A DNA stretch of 64,000 nucleotides, taken from contig OY762492.1 of assembly GCA_963665845.2 (NCBI GenBank), positions 3,776,001 to 3,840,000 on the forward strand, given 5' to 3'. This document shows, one piece after another, positions 1 through 10,104 of this stretch. This DNA is from Candidatus Poribacteria bacterium. Lineage in GTDB: Bacteria > Poribacteria > WGA-4E > GCA-2687025. How positions within the stretch are numbered: position 1 is the first letter of the stretch; each line of letters begins with the position of its first letter. The position numbers and the translations under genes were made by a program. The notes beneath the pieces were generated by a model. That model saw only the letters and a program-made list of their open reading frames with translations. It did not search any database and was not told the DNA's origin.

Positions 1-1
1 C

Positions 2-1267
2 CTGACAGGGCGTTACTGCTGGCGGACGAGCCTTAAAAAAGGCGTGCTGTACGGCTACGAGCCGCCGCTCATCGAGACGGACAGAATGACGGTCGGGAAG
101 CTGCTGCAAAACGCCGGCTACCACACCGCCTGCATCGGCAAGTGGCATCTTGGGCTGGGTTACACGCCGAAAGAGGGGCGCCAGTTGGACTTCGACCGCC
201 CTCTTCCATGGGGAAACGCGACGCGCGATTTTGAGGAAAAGGTGGACTTCTCCAAGCCGCTTTTCGGCGGTCCGAACGCGCTTGGCTTCGACTACTTTTT
301 CGGCTGCTCCGGCTGCCCGACATGCCAGCCGCCGTACGGGTTCATCGAGAATGAGCGTTTTGTTGTGGAGCCGGATTTTTATGACGCAGAGCCAGCCTTC
401 ACCAGCAGAAAAGGCATGACCGCGCCCGGCTGGGAGCATTACAAGGCGGACCCCGCCTTCGCCGACAAGGCGCATGAGTATATCCATGAACGCGCCGAAT
501 CTGACCAGCCGTTTTTCCTGTATCTTGCCCCCAGCGCGCCTCATGAGCCGTGCGTCGAGGGCGTTGTGCCGCCGTTTGCCCGCGGAAAGAGCGACGCCGG
601 CCCGCGCGGCGACCTTGTCTGGCTCGTCGACTGGATGGTCGGGCGCGTCATGACAGCGCTGGAAGAGACGGGGCAGACGGAGAACACGCTCATCATCGCC
701 TCCAGCGACAACGGCGCCCTCCCCGGCGACCGCATCCGCGGACAGCAAGGCATGGCGGGCTACAACACCTACGGACACAAATCATGCGGCGACTGGCGCG
801 GGTATAAGGCGCATATCTGGGAAGGCGGACACCGCGAGCCGTTCATCGCGCGCTGGCCGGGGCGCATTGAGGCGGGAAGCTCCTGCGGACATCTGGCGTG
901 CCTAACCGACTTCATCTCCGCCTGCGCCGACATCGTTGATCAGCCGCTGCCGGACGGCGCCGCCGAGGACAGCGAGAGCCTGCTGCCGGCGCTGCTTCAT
1001 GGCGACGCCGCCGATCCGATACGCTCCGATCTGATCCATCACTCCTCCAACGGCGTCTTTTCGATACGGGAAGGCGAATGGAAATTGATTGTCGGGACGG
1101 AAGGGTCGGGCGGGTGGCCGCCTCCGAGCGGCGGCGGCCCGCAGGAGGGCACCCCTGGTCAACTGTACCATATCGAAAACGATCCTCAAGAAAGCGAAAA
1201 CTTGTGGGCGGAACGCCCCGAAATGGTAGCGCGGTTGGCGCGTCTTTTGGAAACGCGGCAAGGTTAA
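2..1267 (+). CDS. Arylsulfatase-family sulfatase (5' end lies outside the window)
   Basis: Frame is open from the window start (LTGRYCWRT). Sulfatase motifs GYHTACIGKWHLG, GFDYFFG, SSDNG, KAHIWEGGHREPFIARWPG and QLYHIENDPQE are present. Confidence 0.93.
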   Translation: MTGRYCWRTSLKKGVLYGYEPPLIETDRMTVGKLLQNAGYHTACIGKWHLGLGYTPKEGRQLDFDRPLPWGNATRDFEEKVDFSKPLFGGPNALGFDYFFGCSGCPTCQPPYGFIENERFVVEPDFYDAEPAFTSRKGMTAPGWEHYKADPAFADKAHEYIHERAESDQPFFLYLAPSAPHEPCVEGVVPPFARGKSDAGPRGDLVWLVDWMVGRVMTALEETGQTENTLIIASSDNGALPGDRIRGQQGMAGYNTYGHKSCGDWRGYKAHIWEGGHREPFIARWPGRIEAGSSCGHLACLTDFISACADIVDQPLPDGAAEDSESLLPALLHGDAADPIRSDLIHHSSNGVFSIREGEWKLIVGTEGSGGWPPPSGGGPQEGTPGQLYHIENDPQESENLWAERPEMVARLARLLETRQG

Positions 1268-1278
1268 TAGAGAATCGT

Positions 1279-1335
1279 TTTGGAATTCGGAGGCTGTCTG
1301 GGAAAACTCTGGATTCCCGCTTGCGCGGGAGGACA
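1279..1335 (+). repeat. Composite repeat module (TCTGGGAAAACTCTGG + dRS3/REP-like palindrome)
   Basis: Near-identical modules occur at 7991-8048, 38692-38748 and, inverted and more diverged, at 50461-50515. Confidence 0.8.
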
Positions 1336-1425
1336 TGAGCGGGCGGCGTCCATAAAGCGTCAGTTGCCTTCGCTAGAGGAAGGCGCTACTCTATGCGCGG
1401 ATTTTAACATGACAAGGAGAATTCG

Positions 1426-2181
1426 ATGCGTTCATCCATCTTACTTGCGCTGTCCGCCGCGGTGATATTGTCGGGATGCGGAACAGGCTCGCCGCTCAAA
1501 CAGATGTCCCCGGTTCATCCGTTCGAAAGTTACGAGGGCGACTATTCCGACATCATCATCGATGAAGAGGCGGCGCCGCAGCCCGCCCTTCAACTCGCCA
1601 AAGAAGGCGTGACGGTGCGAGTCCAGTACTGGCGAAAAGCGGACCTGGACCGCAAATTCAACCGAGGCAGCATGCGTTCAGCTTTCGCCTATGAGCCGAG
1701 CTGGAAGCAGGGCTTGCGCGTCACCGTCTTTTACGTCAGCATTCACAACGGGCTGGACAAGCCGATCCGCGTCAAGCCGCTCTCAGACATCAACCCCGCG
1801 TATATGTACATCTACGACGATCTGCGGCTCACGAAAGAGCATGACCCCAACTTTTACTTCGCGCTGCCGGAAAAAGACAACGAAAAGCGCGTGTCGGAAA
1901 AGGCGGGATACACGATCGACCTGCGCAACGGGCTGGAAGCGATTAGCCCCCAACTGCTGGAAAACCGCATCGTTGACAATCAGATTGAGCCGGGCGAGAC
2001 CGTGGAAGGATGGCTTCCGTTTCAGGGCATCAAATTCAACCTGAACCAGCTGTGGGTCAGCCTCTCGGTGGAAACGCCGCCCGATTCGGATATCGGCAGG
2101 TACAAGCGGGTTGAGTTTGTCTTCCCGTACGATTTCTCGCGCGAAATACACGCGGCGCAGCCGGCGACGATACGGTATTGA
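1426..2181 (+). CDS. Hypothetical lipoprotein
   Basis: AAGGAG RBS; signal peptide with lipobox ILSG-C; no recognisable domain. Confidence 0.75.
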   Translation: MRSSILLALSAAVILSGCGTGSPLKQMSPVHPFESYEGDYSDIIIDEEAAPQPALQLAKEGVTVRVQYWRKADLDRKFNRGSMRSAFAYEPSWKQGLRVTVFYVSIHNGLDKPIRVKPLSDINPAYMYIYDDLRLTKEHDPNFYFALPEKDNEKRVSEKAGYTIDLRNGLEAISPQLLENRIVDNQIEPGETVEGWLPFQGIKFNLNQLWVSLSVETPPDSDIGRYKRVEFVFPYDFSREIHAAQPATIRY

Positions 2182-2252
2182 GACGGCGCGGTTTGGCGTT
2201 ACGCTCAAACGAAGTTATTCGCGGGGACGAGATGACGCGCCGGCTGCAGAGT

Positions 2253-2338
2253 TTTGAACTAGGATGGAAGGATTGAAAAGATTGCCAAGAATGCCGCTCT
2301 TTTCAATCTTTTTAATCTTGTAAATCCTAGTTCAGACG
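2253..2338. repeat. Imperfect inverted-repeat element (TGAACTAGGAT...ATCCTAGTTCAGAC)
   Basis: Related copies at 24388-24470 and 55100-55135. Confidence 0.7.
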
Positions 2339-2347
2339 GCGGCTAAG

Positions 2348-2453
2348 ATTCCCGCTTACGCGGGAATGACGATGTGGGGCGCGGGAATGACGATGTGGGG
2401 CGCGGGAATGACGATGTGGGGCGCGGGAATGACAATGTGGGGCGCGGGAATGA
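2348..2453 (+). repeat. REP-like palindrome followed by about 4.5 tandem 21-bp units GCGGGAATGACGATGTGGGGC
   Basis: Units at 2360, 2381, 2402, 2423 and a partial unit at 2444, read directly. Confidence 0.9.
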
Positions 2454-2487
2454 GAACGACAGAGGACAGGGCGGTTTGGCGGGAGAC

Positions 2488-3822
2488 TTATTCGTCGTCT
2501 AAGCCCTTGAGAAAGCGTCCGCGGTTCAGCAGGCGGTCGGGGTCTAACTTCAGCTTGACGCGGCGCATCACGGAGAGCGGACCGGTCGGCGGACCCCAAA
2601 CATCCGCTTCGCGTTTGATCTCAACCGACGCCGATTCGATCACGACGGAGCCTTCCCGCGCCGCTGTTTCATCGCGCAGCGCATGGACCGTCTCGGCGGA
2701 CGGGTTGTCGAAGACGGCGTAACCGACCCCGCTAAGAAAGCGAATCTGCCAGGTTGACGGACGCAGCCGCTCAGCCGCCTGAACGATGTCGGCAAACGCG
2801 GACATCGGCGCAAAGACGCGGCATGTCATGCGGCTTGCGTCGTTCAGCGCGCCGTTCAAGCGGCCGCGCATTTGAAGGCGGGTCGGTTCGCTGTCCGCCT
2901 TCGTTTCAAGGGCGGTCGGCTTCCCTTTGGACATGATCGCCTCGGCGCGTTTTGTTTGGTATTCGACCGTTTCAGGATGTCCGCCGAAGCCGACCGCGGC
3001 GGTCGGCGCGGATTCTTCGTCTTGACGCAGAACGGCAAGCCATTCCGGTTCCAGCTCGGAACGCGCGAGGTTTGCCGCCGTTTCAAACGCGCCGCTCCAG
3101 GATTCGAACGCCGCCGAAACCTCCGCCGTTTTTACCGGCATCGGATGCAGCCGAAACGCCGCTTCATACACCACGCCGAGCGTCCCGAACGAGCCGATGA
3201 GAAGCCGCGTGACGTCGTAACCCGCCGCATTTTTGACAACCCGCCCGCCGCCTTTCACCAGCGTTCCGTCCGCGAGGGCGGCGCGGACGCCGAGGCACAG
3301 GTCGCGCGTGGAGCCGTAGGCGTCGCGCAGCGGGCCGCTGGCGTCCATGGCGATCAGCCCGCCGAGGGAGCCAGCGTTGGGCGGGTCCAGCGCGAGCCGC
3401 TGCTTTTCTTCAGCGGCTGTTTTTTGCAGCGTTTCAATCGGCAGCCCCGCCTGCGCGATGACGGTCAGGTCGCGCGGCTCATAGTCGACGATCCCGTTCA
3501 TGAGCCGCGTCGACAGGAAAACGCTGTCGGCGGTCGGCAGGTTGCCGAGGCGCAGCGCCGTTCCAAGCCCGGTCGGTATGATCGGCGTCTTGGAGGCGGA
3601 TGCGCAGCGCAGCGTCTCCGACAACTGCTCGGCATTTTTCGGCATGAGAACAAGCGCCGGTTCATGCAGGTCTAACAGCGGGAATCCGTCGGCGCGTATT
3701 TCGATCTGGCCGCCGTCCAGGACATCGGCGAACCGTTTTTGAAGCGACTCAGCCGACTCGTTCACAGGGTCATTCCCCACTGGCTCGGCTCGTCGTCGGG
3801 GATAATCTTGCCGGGGTTGCAT
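2488..3822 (-). CDS. glcE: Glycolate oxidase FAD-binding subunit GlcE-like (true start probably near 3772)
   Basis: GIVDYEPRDLTV, LALDPP, GGRVVKNAAGYD and GSFGTLG motifs; follows glcD. Confidence 0.85.
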   Translation of the reverse strand: MQPRQDYPRRRAEPVGNDPVNESAESLQKRFADVLDGGQIEIRADGFPLLDLHEPALVLMPKNAEQLSETLRCASASKTPIIPTGLGTALRLGNLPTADSVFLSTRLMNGIVDYEPRDLTVIAQAGLPIETLQKTAAEEKQRLALDPPNAGSLGGLIAMDASGPLRDAYGSTRDLCLGVRAALADGTLVKGGGRVVKNAAGYDVTRLLIGSFGTLGVVYEAAFRLHPMPVKTAEVSAAFESWSGAFETAANLARSELEPEWLAVLRQDEESAPTAAVGFGGHPETVEYQTKRAEAIMSKGKPTALETKADSEPTRLQMRGRLNGALNDASRMTCRVFAPMSAFADIVQAAERLRPSTWQIRFLSGVGYAVFDNPSAETVHALRDETAAREGSVVIESASVEIKREADVWGPPTGPLSVMRRVKLKLDPDRLLNRGRFLKGLDDE

Positions 3823-5171
3823 AGCCCGTTCGGGTTGAACACATCGCGCAGGCTTGTCATGAGGTTCAGGTCGTCTTCAGAGAACAGCAGGCGCATGAAC
3901 TCTATTTTTTCAACGCCGATGCCGTGTTCGCCGGTGATGACGCCGCCGACCTCCACGCAGGCGCGCATGATCTCCCCGCTCGCCTCCAGAACCGTTTTCA
4001 CCTGTTCAGGATCGCTCTGGTCAAAAAGCAGCACAGGATGGATGTTGCCGTCGCCGGCGTGAAAAACGTTCGCGATCGGTATGCCGTATTTTTCACTGAC
4101 GCGATACACCTCTTTAACGGTCTCCGGCAGGCGCGTTCGCGGCACGACGCCGTCCTGCGTCAAATAATCTTTGGCGATGCGCCCCAGCGCGCCGAACGCC
4201 TGTTTGCGCGACTTCCACAGCAGCTGACGCTCCTCCTCGGAGCGGGCGACCTGAACGCTCTGCGCCTTGTTTTTGCGGCAGATTTCGGCGATCCGCTCCG
4301 CCTGCGCCTCCATGCCCGCTTCCAGCCCGTCCAGCTCAATGAGCAGCGCCGCTTCGGCGTCTTCTGGAAAACCGAACTGAAACGCCTCCTCCACCGCGCC
4401 GATGATCAGCCTGTCCATCATCTCCAACGACGCCGGTATCATGCCGCTGGCGATCGTCTCGGAGACGGTTTGGGATGCGTTCTGCATGCTGTCAAAAACG
4501 GCGAGCAGCGTCTTATGCGTCTGCGGGTTCGGGGTGAGTTTGACAACAATCTTCGTCGCGATGCCGAGCGTCCCCTCGGAGCCGATGGCGAGACCGCGCA
4601 GGTCGTATCCGACGCATTCAGCGCTCTTGCCGCCGAACTCAACAATCTCGCCGTCCGGCATGACCCACTCAAGCCCTGTGACGTGGTTCACGGTGACGCC
4701 TCGTTTTAAGGTGTGGGGTCCGCCGCTGTTCTCGGCGACATTTCCGCCGATGGTGCATGCTTTCTGGCTGGACGGGTCGGGCGCGTAATGGAACCCGTGC
4801 GGTTCCGCCGCGTCGGAGATCCACAGGTTGACGACCCCCGGCTCCACGACGGCGCATCGGTTTTCGATGTCCAGCTCCAGAATGCGGTTCATTTTGTTCA
4901 AGGCGATGATGACGCCGCCCTCCGCGGCGATGGCTCCGCCGCTCAAGCCGGTGCCGGCGCCGCGCGCTGTGAACGGAACGCCCGCGTTGTTCGCAATCCG
5001 CACCGCCGCGGCGACCTCGTCCGTTGTCGTCGGAAAGACGACCGCATGCGGCATCGCCTTATATAAGGTAACCCCGTCCGATTCGTAGGTCATCAGCGAG
5101 ACGGGATCGCGCACCACGTTCTCGCTTCCGAGTACAGCCGCCAGCTCGTTTGCGATGCGTTCAGCGTCCAT
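3762..5171 (-). CDS. glcD: Glycolate oxidase subunit GlcD (FAD-linked oxidase)
   Basis: ARGAGTGLSGGA, YAPDPSSQKACTIGGNVAENSGG, HAGDGNIHP and GEHGIGVEK motifs. Confidence 0.92.
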   Translation of the reverse strand: MDAERIANELAAVLGSENVVRDPVSLMTYESDGVTLYKAMPHAVVFPTTTDEVAAAVRIANNAGVPFTARGAGTGLSGGAIAAEGGVIIALNKMNRILELDIENRCAVVEPGVVNLWISDAAEPHGFHYAPDPSSQKACTIGGNVAENSGGPHTLKRGVTVNHVTGLEWVMPDGEIVEFGGKSAECVGYDLRGLAIGSEGTLGIATKIVVKLTPNPQTHKTLLAVFDSMQNASQTVSETIASGMIPASLEMMDRLIIGAVEEAFQFGFPEDAEAALLIELDGLEAGMEAQAERIAEICRKNKAQSVQVARSEEERQLLWKSRKQAFGALGRIAKDYLTQDGVVPRTRLPETVKEVYRVSEKYGIPIANVFHAGDGNIHPVLLFDQSDPEQVKTVLEASGEIMRACVEVGGVITGEHGIGVEKIEFMRLLFSEDDLNLMTSLRDVFNPNGLCNPGKIIPDDEPSQWGMTL

Positions 5172-5175
5172 GCGT

Positions 5176-6300
5176 CTATGTGATTTCCAGCTCCGTGTCG
5201 GGAGCTTCCGACAGATTGCGTATCGAGACGGCTTTGGCGATTTCTTGCGCCAGCTCCGTGAAAGCGCCTTTCTGCGGAGAATCGCTGTCGCCGGACGCCG
5301 CCGGCGCGCCCGCGTCGCCGCCTTCGCAGATGCTCATGTCGATCGGTATTTCGCCCAAAAACGGCGTCCCCATCTCCTCGGCGGTGGCGCGTCCGCCGCC
5401 GGCGCGGAAGATGTCGTACCGCTTGCCCGTGTCGGGCGCGATAAAGTAACTCATGTTCTCGATAATGCCGAGAATGGGAGTGTTTGTTTTTTGAAAAAGA
5501 GAAACGCCCTTGCGCGCGTCGTCCAGCGCGACAACCTGCGGCGTCGTGACGACAACCGCGCCCGTGAGCGGAATGCTCTGCGTCATCGTCAAATGCGCGT
5601 CGCCCGTCCCCGGCGGCATATCCACAATCAGATAATCCAGCTCGCCCCAGTCCACATCTTGGAGAAAGTTGCGGAGCGCGCTATGCACCATCGGACCGCG
5701 CCAGACCATCGCCGTGTTCTTGTCCGGCAGCAGAAACCCGATCGACATCAGCTTGACGCCGTGTCGATGGAGCGGCAGTATCTTGCGGTTTTCCGACATT
5801 TCGGGCTGCTCGTCCGCGCCGAGCATGGTCGGTATGGAGGGTCCATAGATGTCCGCGTCCAAGAGGCCGACAGCGGCGCCCTGTTCAGCGAGCGCGACCG
5901 CAAGGTTGACGGCGACCGTCGACTTGCCGACGCCTCCCTTTCCGCTGGCGACAGCGATCGTGTTGCGGACGCCTGGGAGCAGCTCCTGCTGTCCGAGGTT
6001 GCGGTCGCGCGCCGTGTTCGCGGTCATCTCTACCTCGACCGACTCGACGCCCTCGACGGAGAGCGCCGCCGCTTCGCACTGCGCTTGCAGCTCGTCTTTG
6101 ACAGGGCAGGCGGGGGTGGTCAGTTCGACGTTGAACATCACCTTTCCGCCGTCGATGCGCAGCTCCTTGATCATGCCGAGGCTGACAAGGTCGCGGCGCA
6201 GGTCGGGGTCTTCGACGGTACTGAGCGCTTTCAGAATCGCCGACTCGGTCGGTCCGCTTTCAGAAGACTGCGGTCTGTCTTTGCGTTGAAAGATCGGCAT
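5176..6300 (-). CDS. apbC: Mrp/ApbC/NBP35 Fe-S cluster carrier ATPase
   Basis: N-terminal TTPACP (DUF59-like), Walker A GKGGVGKST, DADIYGPS, WRGPM, DMPPGTGD, ENMS. Confidence 0.95.
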   Translation of the reverse strand: MPIFQRKDRPQSSESGPTESAILKALSTVEDPDLRRDLVSLGMIKELRIDGGKVMFNVELTTPACPVKDELQAQCEAAALSVEGVESVEVEMTANTARDRNLGQQELLPGVRNTIAVASGKGGVGKSTVAVNLAVALAEQGAAVGLLDADIYGPSIPTMLGADEQPEMSENRKILPLHRHGVKLMSIGFLLPDKNTAMVWRGPMVHSALRNFLQDVDWGELDYLIVDMPPGTGDAHLTMTQSIPLTGAVVVTTPQVVALDDARKGVSLFQKTNTPILGIIENMSYFIAPDTGKRYDIFRAGGGRATAEEMGTPFLGEIPIDMSICEGGDAGAPAASGDSDSPQKGAFTELAQEIAKAVSIRNLSEAPDTELEIT

Positions 6301-6347
6301 GGTTCACCCGCTTTCGTTCGCCTGCCCTGTGTCGCGTCTCCCGCGTT

Positions 6348-6668
6348 TTAGACCTGGAAGGAGCTGCCGCATCCGCACTGGGAGCGGACGTTCGGGTTTT
6401 CGATTTTGAACCCGGCACCCATCAGCCCTTCCACGTAGTCGACGCTGCTGCCGGCGAGGTAGAGCGCGCTTTTCAGGTCAACAAAGACCTTCAGCCCCTC
6501 TTTTTCGATCACCTTGTCGCCATCGCGCTTTTCGTCGAAGCCGAGGCGGTACTGCATGCCGGAGCATCCGCCGCCGACGACCTGGACGCGCAGCCCGTAG
6601 CCGTCGTATCCTTCGCTTGAAATCAGCTCTTGCACTTTCTGAGCGGCCTGTTCGGTGACGTTGATCAT
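6348..6668 (-). CDS. A-type Fe-S assembly protein (IscA/ErpA/HesB family)
   Basis: GGGCSG and NPNVRSQCGCGSSF motifs. Confidence 0.95.
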   Translation of the reverse strand: MINVTEQAAQKVQELISSEGYDGYGLRVQVVGGGCSGMQYRLGFDEKRDGDKVIEKEGLKVFVDLKSALYLAGSSVDYVEGLMGAGFKIENPNVRSQCGCGSSFQV

Positions 6669-6743
6669 GTGTTGCCTTCCCTTAGTTTCGTTGCGCCTGC
6701 AATTATGATGGCATATCCATGCCGGGATGTCAAGCGCGAAAAT

Positions 6744-6932
6744 CTGATCTCATGCGTAAAGTTGAGACATTTGAACGACCAAAGCCTTTATTCATGGGAA
6801 AAGGCGCCGCTAACCAGACCGTCCCCCGCTTCCGCGAGGGCATGCATTCCCGCGTAAGCGGGAATCTAGAGGCGCCGCAGACGATGTCCGCGTTCATCCG
6901 CCGACATGTCCCAACTAAAAACGTAAGGTCAG
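6744..6932 (+). mobile_element. MITE-like element, copy 1 (189 bp, with an extra internal module)
   Basis: Imperfect ~26-bp terminal inverted repeats CTGATCTCATGCGTAAAGTTGAGACA ... TGTCCCAACTAAAAACGTAAGGTCAG; internal REP-like palindrome; homologous to 14613-14780, 30481-30648 and 41660-41827. Confidence 0.8.
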
Positions 6933-7005
6933 GCGTGTCGGTTGATTCCGAAGGCGAACGGCGGTAAGATAGGCGCACAATCTGGTCATATCGCTCTGGC
7001 TGCGG

Positions 7006-7941
7006 ATGCGCTTAAGTATGGACAACTCATTTCAGAAACGCTGCATCGTTCTCCATGATGATTGCGCGGCGGCATTGGACAGCGGGGATTTTGGCGCCGG
7101 CGTTGACCTCGCCTTTCTGGACCCGCCTTTCAATCAGGACAAGGCGTACAACGCCTGCGCCGACAACATGCCCCCAGAAAAGTATTGGGCATGGATGCGG
7201 GCTGTCTGCGCAAAAGTTCATGCCTTGACTTCGGACGGCGGCGCGGTCTATTTCATGCAGCGCGAGAAAAATACGGAGTTCGTTTTAAGCGCCTTGCGCG
7301 AGACCGGCTGGACATTTCAAAATCTGATTGTCTGGAAAAAGAAAACCTCCGCGGTTCCAGGGATGAAGCGGTTCGGCAAGCATTATCAGATCATCGCGTT
7401 TGCGACAAAAGGCAAAACGCCGCGCGTGTTTCACCGCCTGCGCATCGACCCGCCTCTGCCTGAAGGCTACAAGCATGCGCGGACGAACGGCGTCTTCGTT
7501 ACGGATGTTTGGGACGATATTCGGGAATTGACCTCCGGTTATTATGCGGGAAACGAGGCGCTGCGCAGCGCCGACGGGGAGCGGCTGCATAAACAGCAAG
7601 CCCCCATTCAGCTGCTTCTTCGGATTATTCTGTCGTCAACGAACCCCGGCGATCTCGTCCTCGACCCGTTCGCCGGTTCAGGAACAACGCTGGTCGTGTC
7701 GGAACAGCTGGGGCGCCGATCGGTTGGCATTGAACTGGACGCGGAGAACGCCGCTCTCATTCAGCGCCGGCTCCATGAACAGAGAGAATCGGATCGCGTC
7801 TCCCGTTTTTTCAAGGATTACGCTTGTACCCCGAACTTGGACGCCATTTGGGGCAAGGGACAACGCGCGCCGTCCGGTTCCGCTCCTTCCGGACAGACGG
7901 CGCTTTTTGAATCAGATCGTTCAGCCGCTTCTTTTAGTTAA
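7006..7941 (+). CDS. Orphan site-specific DNA methyltransferase (N4-C/N6-A, beta-class motif order)
   Basis: Catalytic DPPF precedes SAM-binding LDPFAGSGTT; HKQQAP; no adjacent endonuclease. Confidence 0.88.
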   Translation: MRLSMDNSFQKRCIVLHDDCAAALDSGDFGAGVDLAFLDPPFNQDKAYNACADNMPPEKYWAWMRAVCAKVHALTSDGGAVYFMQREKNTEFVLSALRETGWTFQNLIVWKKKTSAVPGMKRFGKHYQIIAFATKGKTPRVFHRLRIDPPLPEGYKHARTNGVFVTDVWDDIRELTSGYYAGNEALRSADGERLHKQQAPIQLLLRIILSSTNPGDLVLDPFAGSGTTLVVSEQLGRRSVGIELDAENAALIQRRLHEQRESDRVSRFFKDYACTPNLDAIWGKGQRAPSGSAPSGQTALFESDRSAASFS

Positions 7942-8107
7942 ACAATTCTGACAGCGGGAAGGATGATGCTTTTGATCTTAGACGGTTACGTTTTGAAATG
8001 CGGGGTTGTCTGGGAAAACTCTGGATTCCCGCTTACGCGGGAATGACGGCCGGCGGCGCGGACGCTTTAGGGTTCGCGATCACATGGGCGATTGGAGAGG
8101 CGAAGCG

Positions 8108-8404
8108 ATGAATGTCGAGGAGCGAAATCGGGCGTATTGGCGCAAAAACCTGCAATACCTATGGATACTGCTGGCGGTCTGGTTTGCCGCGTCGTTTCTC
8201 TGCTCGGTGGTGTTTGTTGAGCAGCTGGACAAGATACAGATCGGAGGTTACCGCATCGGTTTTTACATGGCGCAGCAGGGCGCCATCTGGATCTTTGTGG
8301 AGATTATCTTTCTCTACGCATGGCTCATGACCCGCCTTGAAAAGCGGCTTCAGATCGGCAACGGCGGAGAACAGGCAGAGGAACGAGAGGAAGCTGCATC
8401 GTGA
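8108..8404 (+). CDS. DUF4212-type small membrane subunit of a solute:sodium symporter
   Basis: YWRKNL...GFYMAQQGAI motif, two hydrophobic segments, GGAG RBS; overlaps the symporter start. Confidence 0.85.
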   Translation: MNVEERNRAYWRKNLQYLWILLAVWFAASFLCSVVFVEQLDKIQIGGYRIGFYMAQQGAIWIFVEIIFLYAWLMTRLEKRLQIGNGGEQAEEREEAAS

Positions 8405-10104
8405 ATGTGCAAGCGTGGACATTTGTCATGGTGGCGCTGTCGTTCGCGCTGTATATCGGCGTGGCGATCTGGTCAAAAGCGCGCTCCACAGGCGATTTCT
8501 ATGTGGCGGGAAGTAACGTACATCCGGTCGTAAACGGCATGGCGACCGCCGCCGACTGGATGAGCGCCGCCTCGTTCATCTCGATGGCGGGCATGATCGC
8601 GGCGCTTGGGCGGGACGGCTCCGTCTACCTGTTAGGCTGGACGGGCGGATATGTGCTTTTAGCGCTGCTTCTGGCGCCGTATCTGCGTAAATTCGGCAAA
8701 TACACGGTGCCCGACTTTGTCGGCGACCGGTACTACTCGCAGCTGGCGCGCGTCGCCGCGGTCGTGTGCGCCATCTTCGTCTCGTTCACCTACGTCGCGG
8801 GACAAATGCGCGGCGTCGGCATCGTCTTCTCCCGTTTTCTGAATGTGAATGTGTCGGTCGGCGTGCTAATCGGAATGGGCATCGTGTTCTTTTACGCGGT
8901 TCTCGGCGGAATGAAAGGCATCACCTACACGCAGGTCGCCCAATACTGCGTTCTGATCTTCGCGTATCTCGTCCCCGCCATCTTCATATCGCTCATGATG
9001 ACCGGCAACCCGATCCCGCAGATGGGCATGGTCGGCAAGGGCGCGGACGGCTCCTATCTCTTGGAGCGGCTGGACGGGTTGAGCGAGGCTCTCGGCTTTC
9101 ACCGCTATACAGGCGATCATATGTCGATGATCAACGTCCTTTGCATCATGGGCGCCTTGATGATCGGAACGGCGGGCTTGCCGCATGTCATCATACGTTT
9201 TTATACGGTGCCGAAGGCGTCCGCGGCGCGCATCTCGGCGGGGTATGCGCTGCTGTTCATCGCCGTTTTATACACGACGGCGCCGGCCGTGGCGATCTTC
9301 GCGCGAACGAACCTGCTGGAAACGGTGCGCTACGATGAGAACGGAGAGCAGCGCGATCTAAAATACGAGGATGCGCCCGAATGGTTTTTGAACTGGGAGA
9401 AAACGGAACTGATCAAATTCAACGACAAGAACGGAGACGGCGCCGTTCAATACCGCGGCGAATTTTCAGAGACGCCAAACGAGCTGGAGGTCAGCAACGA
9501 CATCATGGTGCTGGCAAATCCGGAGATTGCCCAAATGCGGTATAACGTGCCAAACTGGGTTGTCGGGCTGGTGGCGGCGGGAGGTTTGGCGGCGGCGCTG
9601 TCGACGGCGGCGGGGCTTCTGCTTGTCATCTCAACCGCCGTAGCGCATGATCTGCTGAAGGGCTGGGCGAAGCCTGATATGTCGGAGAAGAAGGAGCTGC
9701 TGGCGGCGCGGGTCGCGGCGGGGGCGGCGGTGTGCGTCGCCGGTTATTTTGGAATGAACCCGCCGGGCTTTGTGGCGGAGGTGGTCGCGCTGGCGTTTGG
9801 ACTGGCGGCTTCCTCCTTCTTCCCGGCGATTGTGATGGGCATCTTCTCCAAGCGCATGAACAAACAGGGCGCCGTGAGCGGCATGATCGCCGGCATCGGT
9901 TTCACCGCCGCCTATATCGTCTTTTACAAATATATCCGCCCCGATCTGGACGAAGCGAAGATATGGTTATGGGGCATTTCGCCTGAAGGAATCGGCGTCG
10001 TCGGCATGTGCATCAACTTTGCCGTCTCGGTCGTCGTTTGTAAATTGACGCCGCCTCCGCCTGAAGATGTGCAAAGGATGGTTGATGAGATACGGCTTCC
10101 GTAA
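8401..10104 (+). CDS. Sodium:solute symporter (ActP/VC_2705-like)
   Basis: NGMATAADWMSAASF, GGMKGITYTQVAQY, GTAGLPHV and GGLAAALSTAAGLL motifs; many transmembrane segments. Confidence 0.92.
   Translation: MNVQAWTFVMVALSFALYIGVAIWSKARSTGDFYVAGSNVHPVVNGMATAADWMSAASFISMAGMIAALGRDGSVYLLGWTGGYVLLALLLAPYLRKFGKYTVPDFVGDRYYSQLARVAAVVCAIFVSFTYVAGQMRGVGIVFSRFLNVNVSVGVLIGMGIVFFYAVLGGMKGITYTQVAQYCVLIFAYLVPAIFISLMMTGNPIPQMGMVGKGADGSYLLERLDGLSEALGFHRYTGDHMSMINVLCIMGALMIGTAGLPHVIIRFYTVPKASAARISAGYALLFIAVLYTTAPAVAIFARTNLLETVRYDENGEQRDLKYEDAPEWFLNWEKTELIKFNDKNGDGAVQYRGEFSETPNELEVSNDIMVLANPEIAQMRYNVPNWVVGLVAAGGLAAALSTAAGLLLVISTAVAHDLLKGWAKPDMSEKKELLAARVAAGAAVCVAGYFGMNPPGFVAEVVALAFGLAASSFFPAIVMGIFSKRMNKQGAVSGMIAGIGFTAAYIVFYKYIRPDLDEAKIWLWGISPEGIGVVGMCINFAVSVVVCKLTPPPPEDVQRMVDEIRLP

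Noticed and set aside
2360-2453. 21-bp tandem repeat as a CRISPR, or as ORFs MTMWGAG.../HSRAPHR...
   Set aside because: There are no unique spacers; the ORFs are translations of the repeat.
6719-6967. Small ORFs 6719-6967, 30489-30863 and 41574-41819 as independent genes
   Set aside because: They are mostly the MITE's open frame, with no evidence of separate genes.
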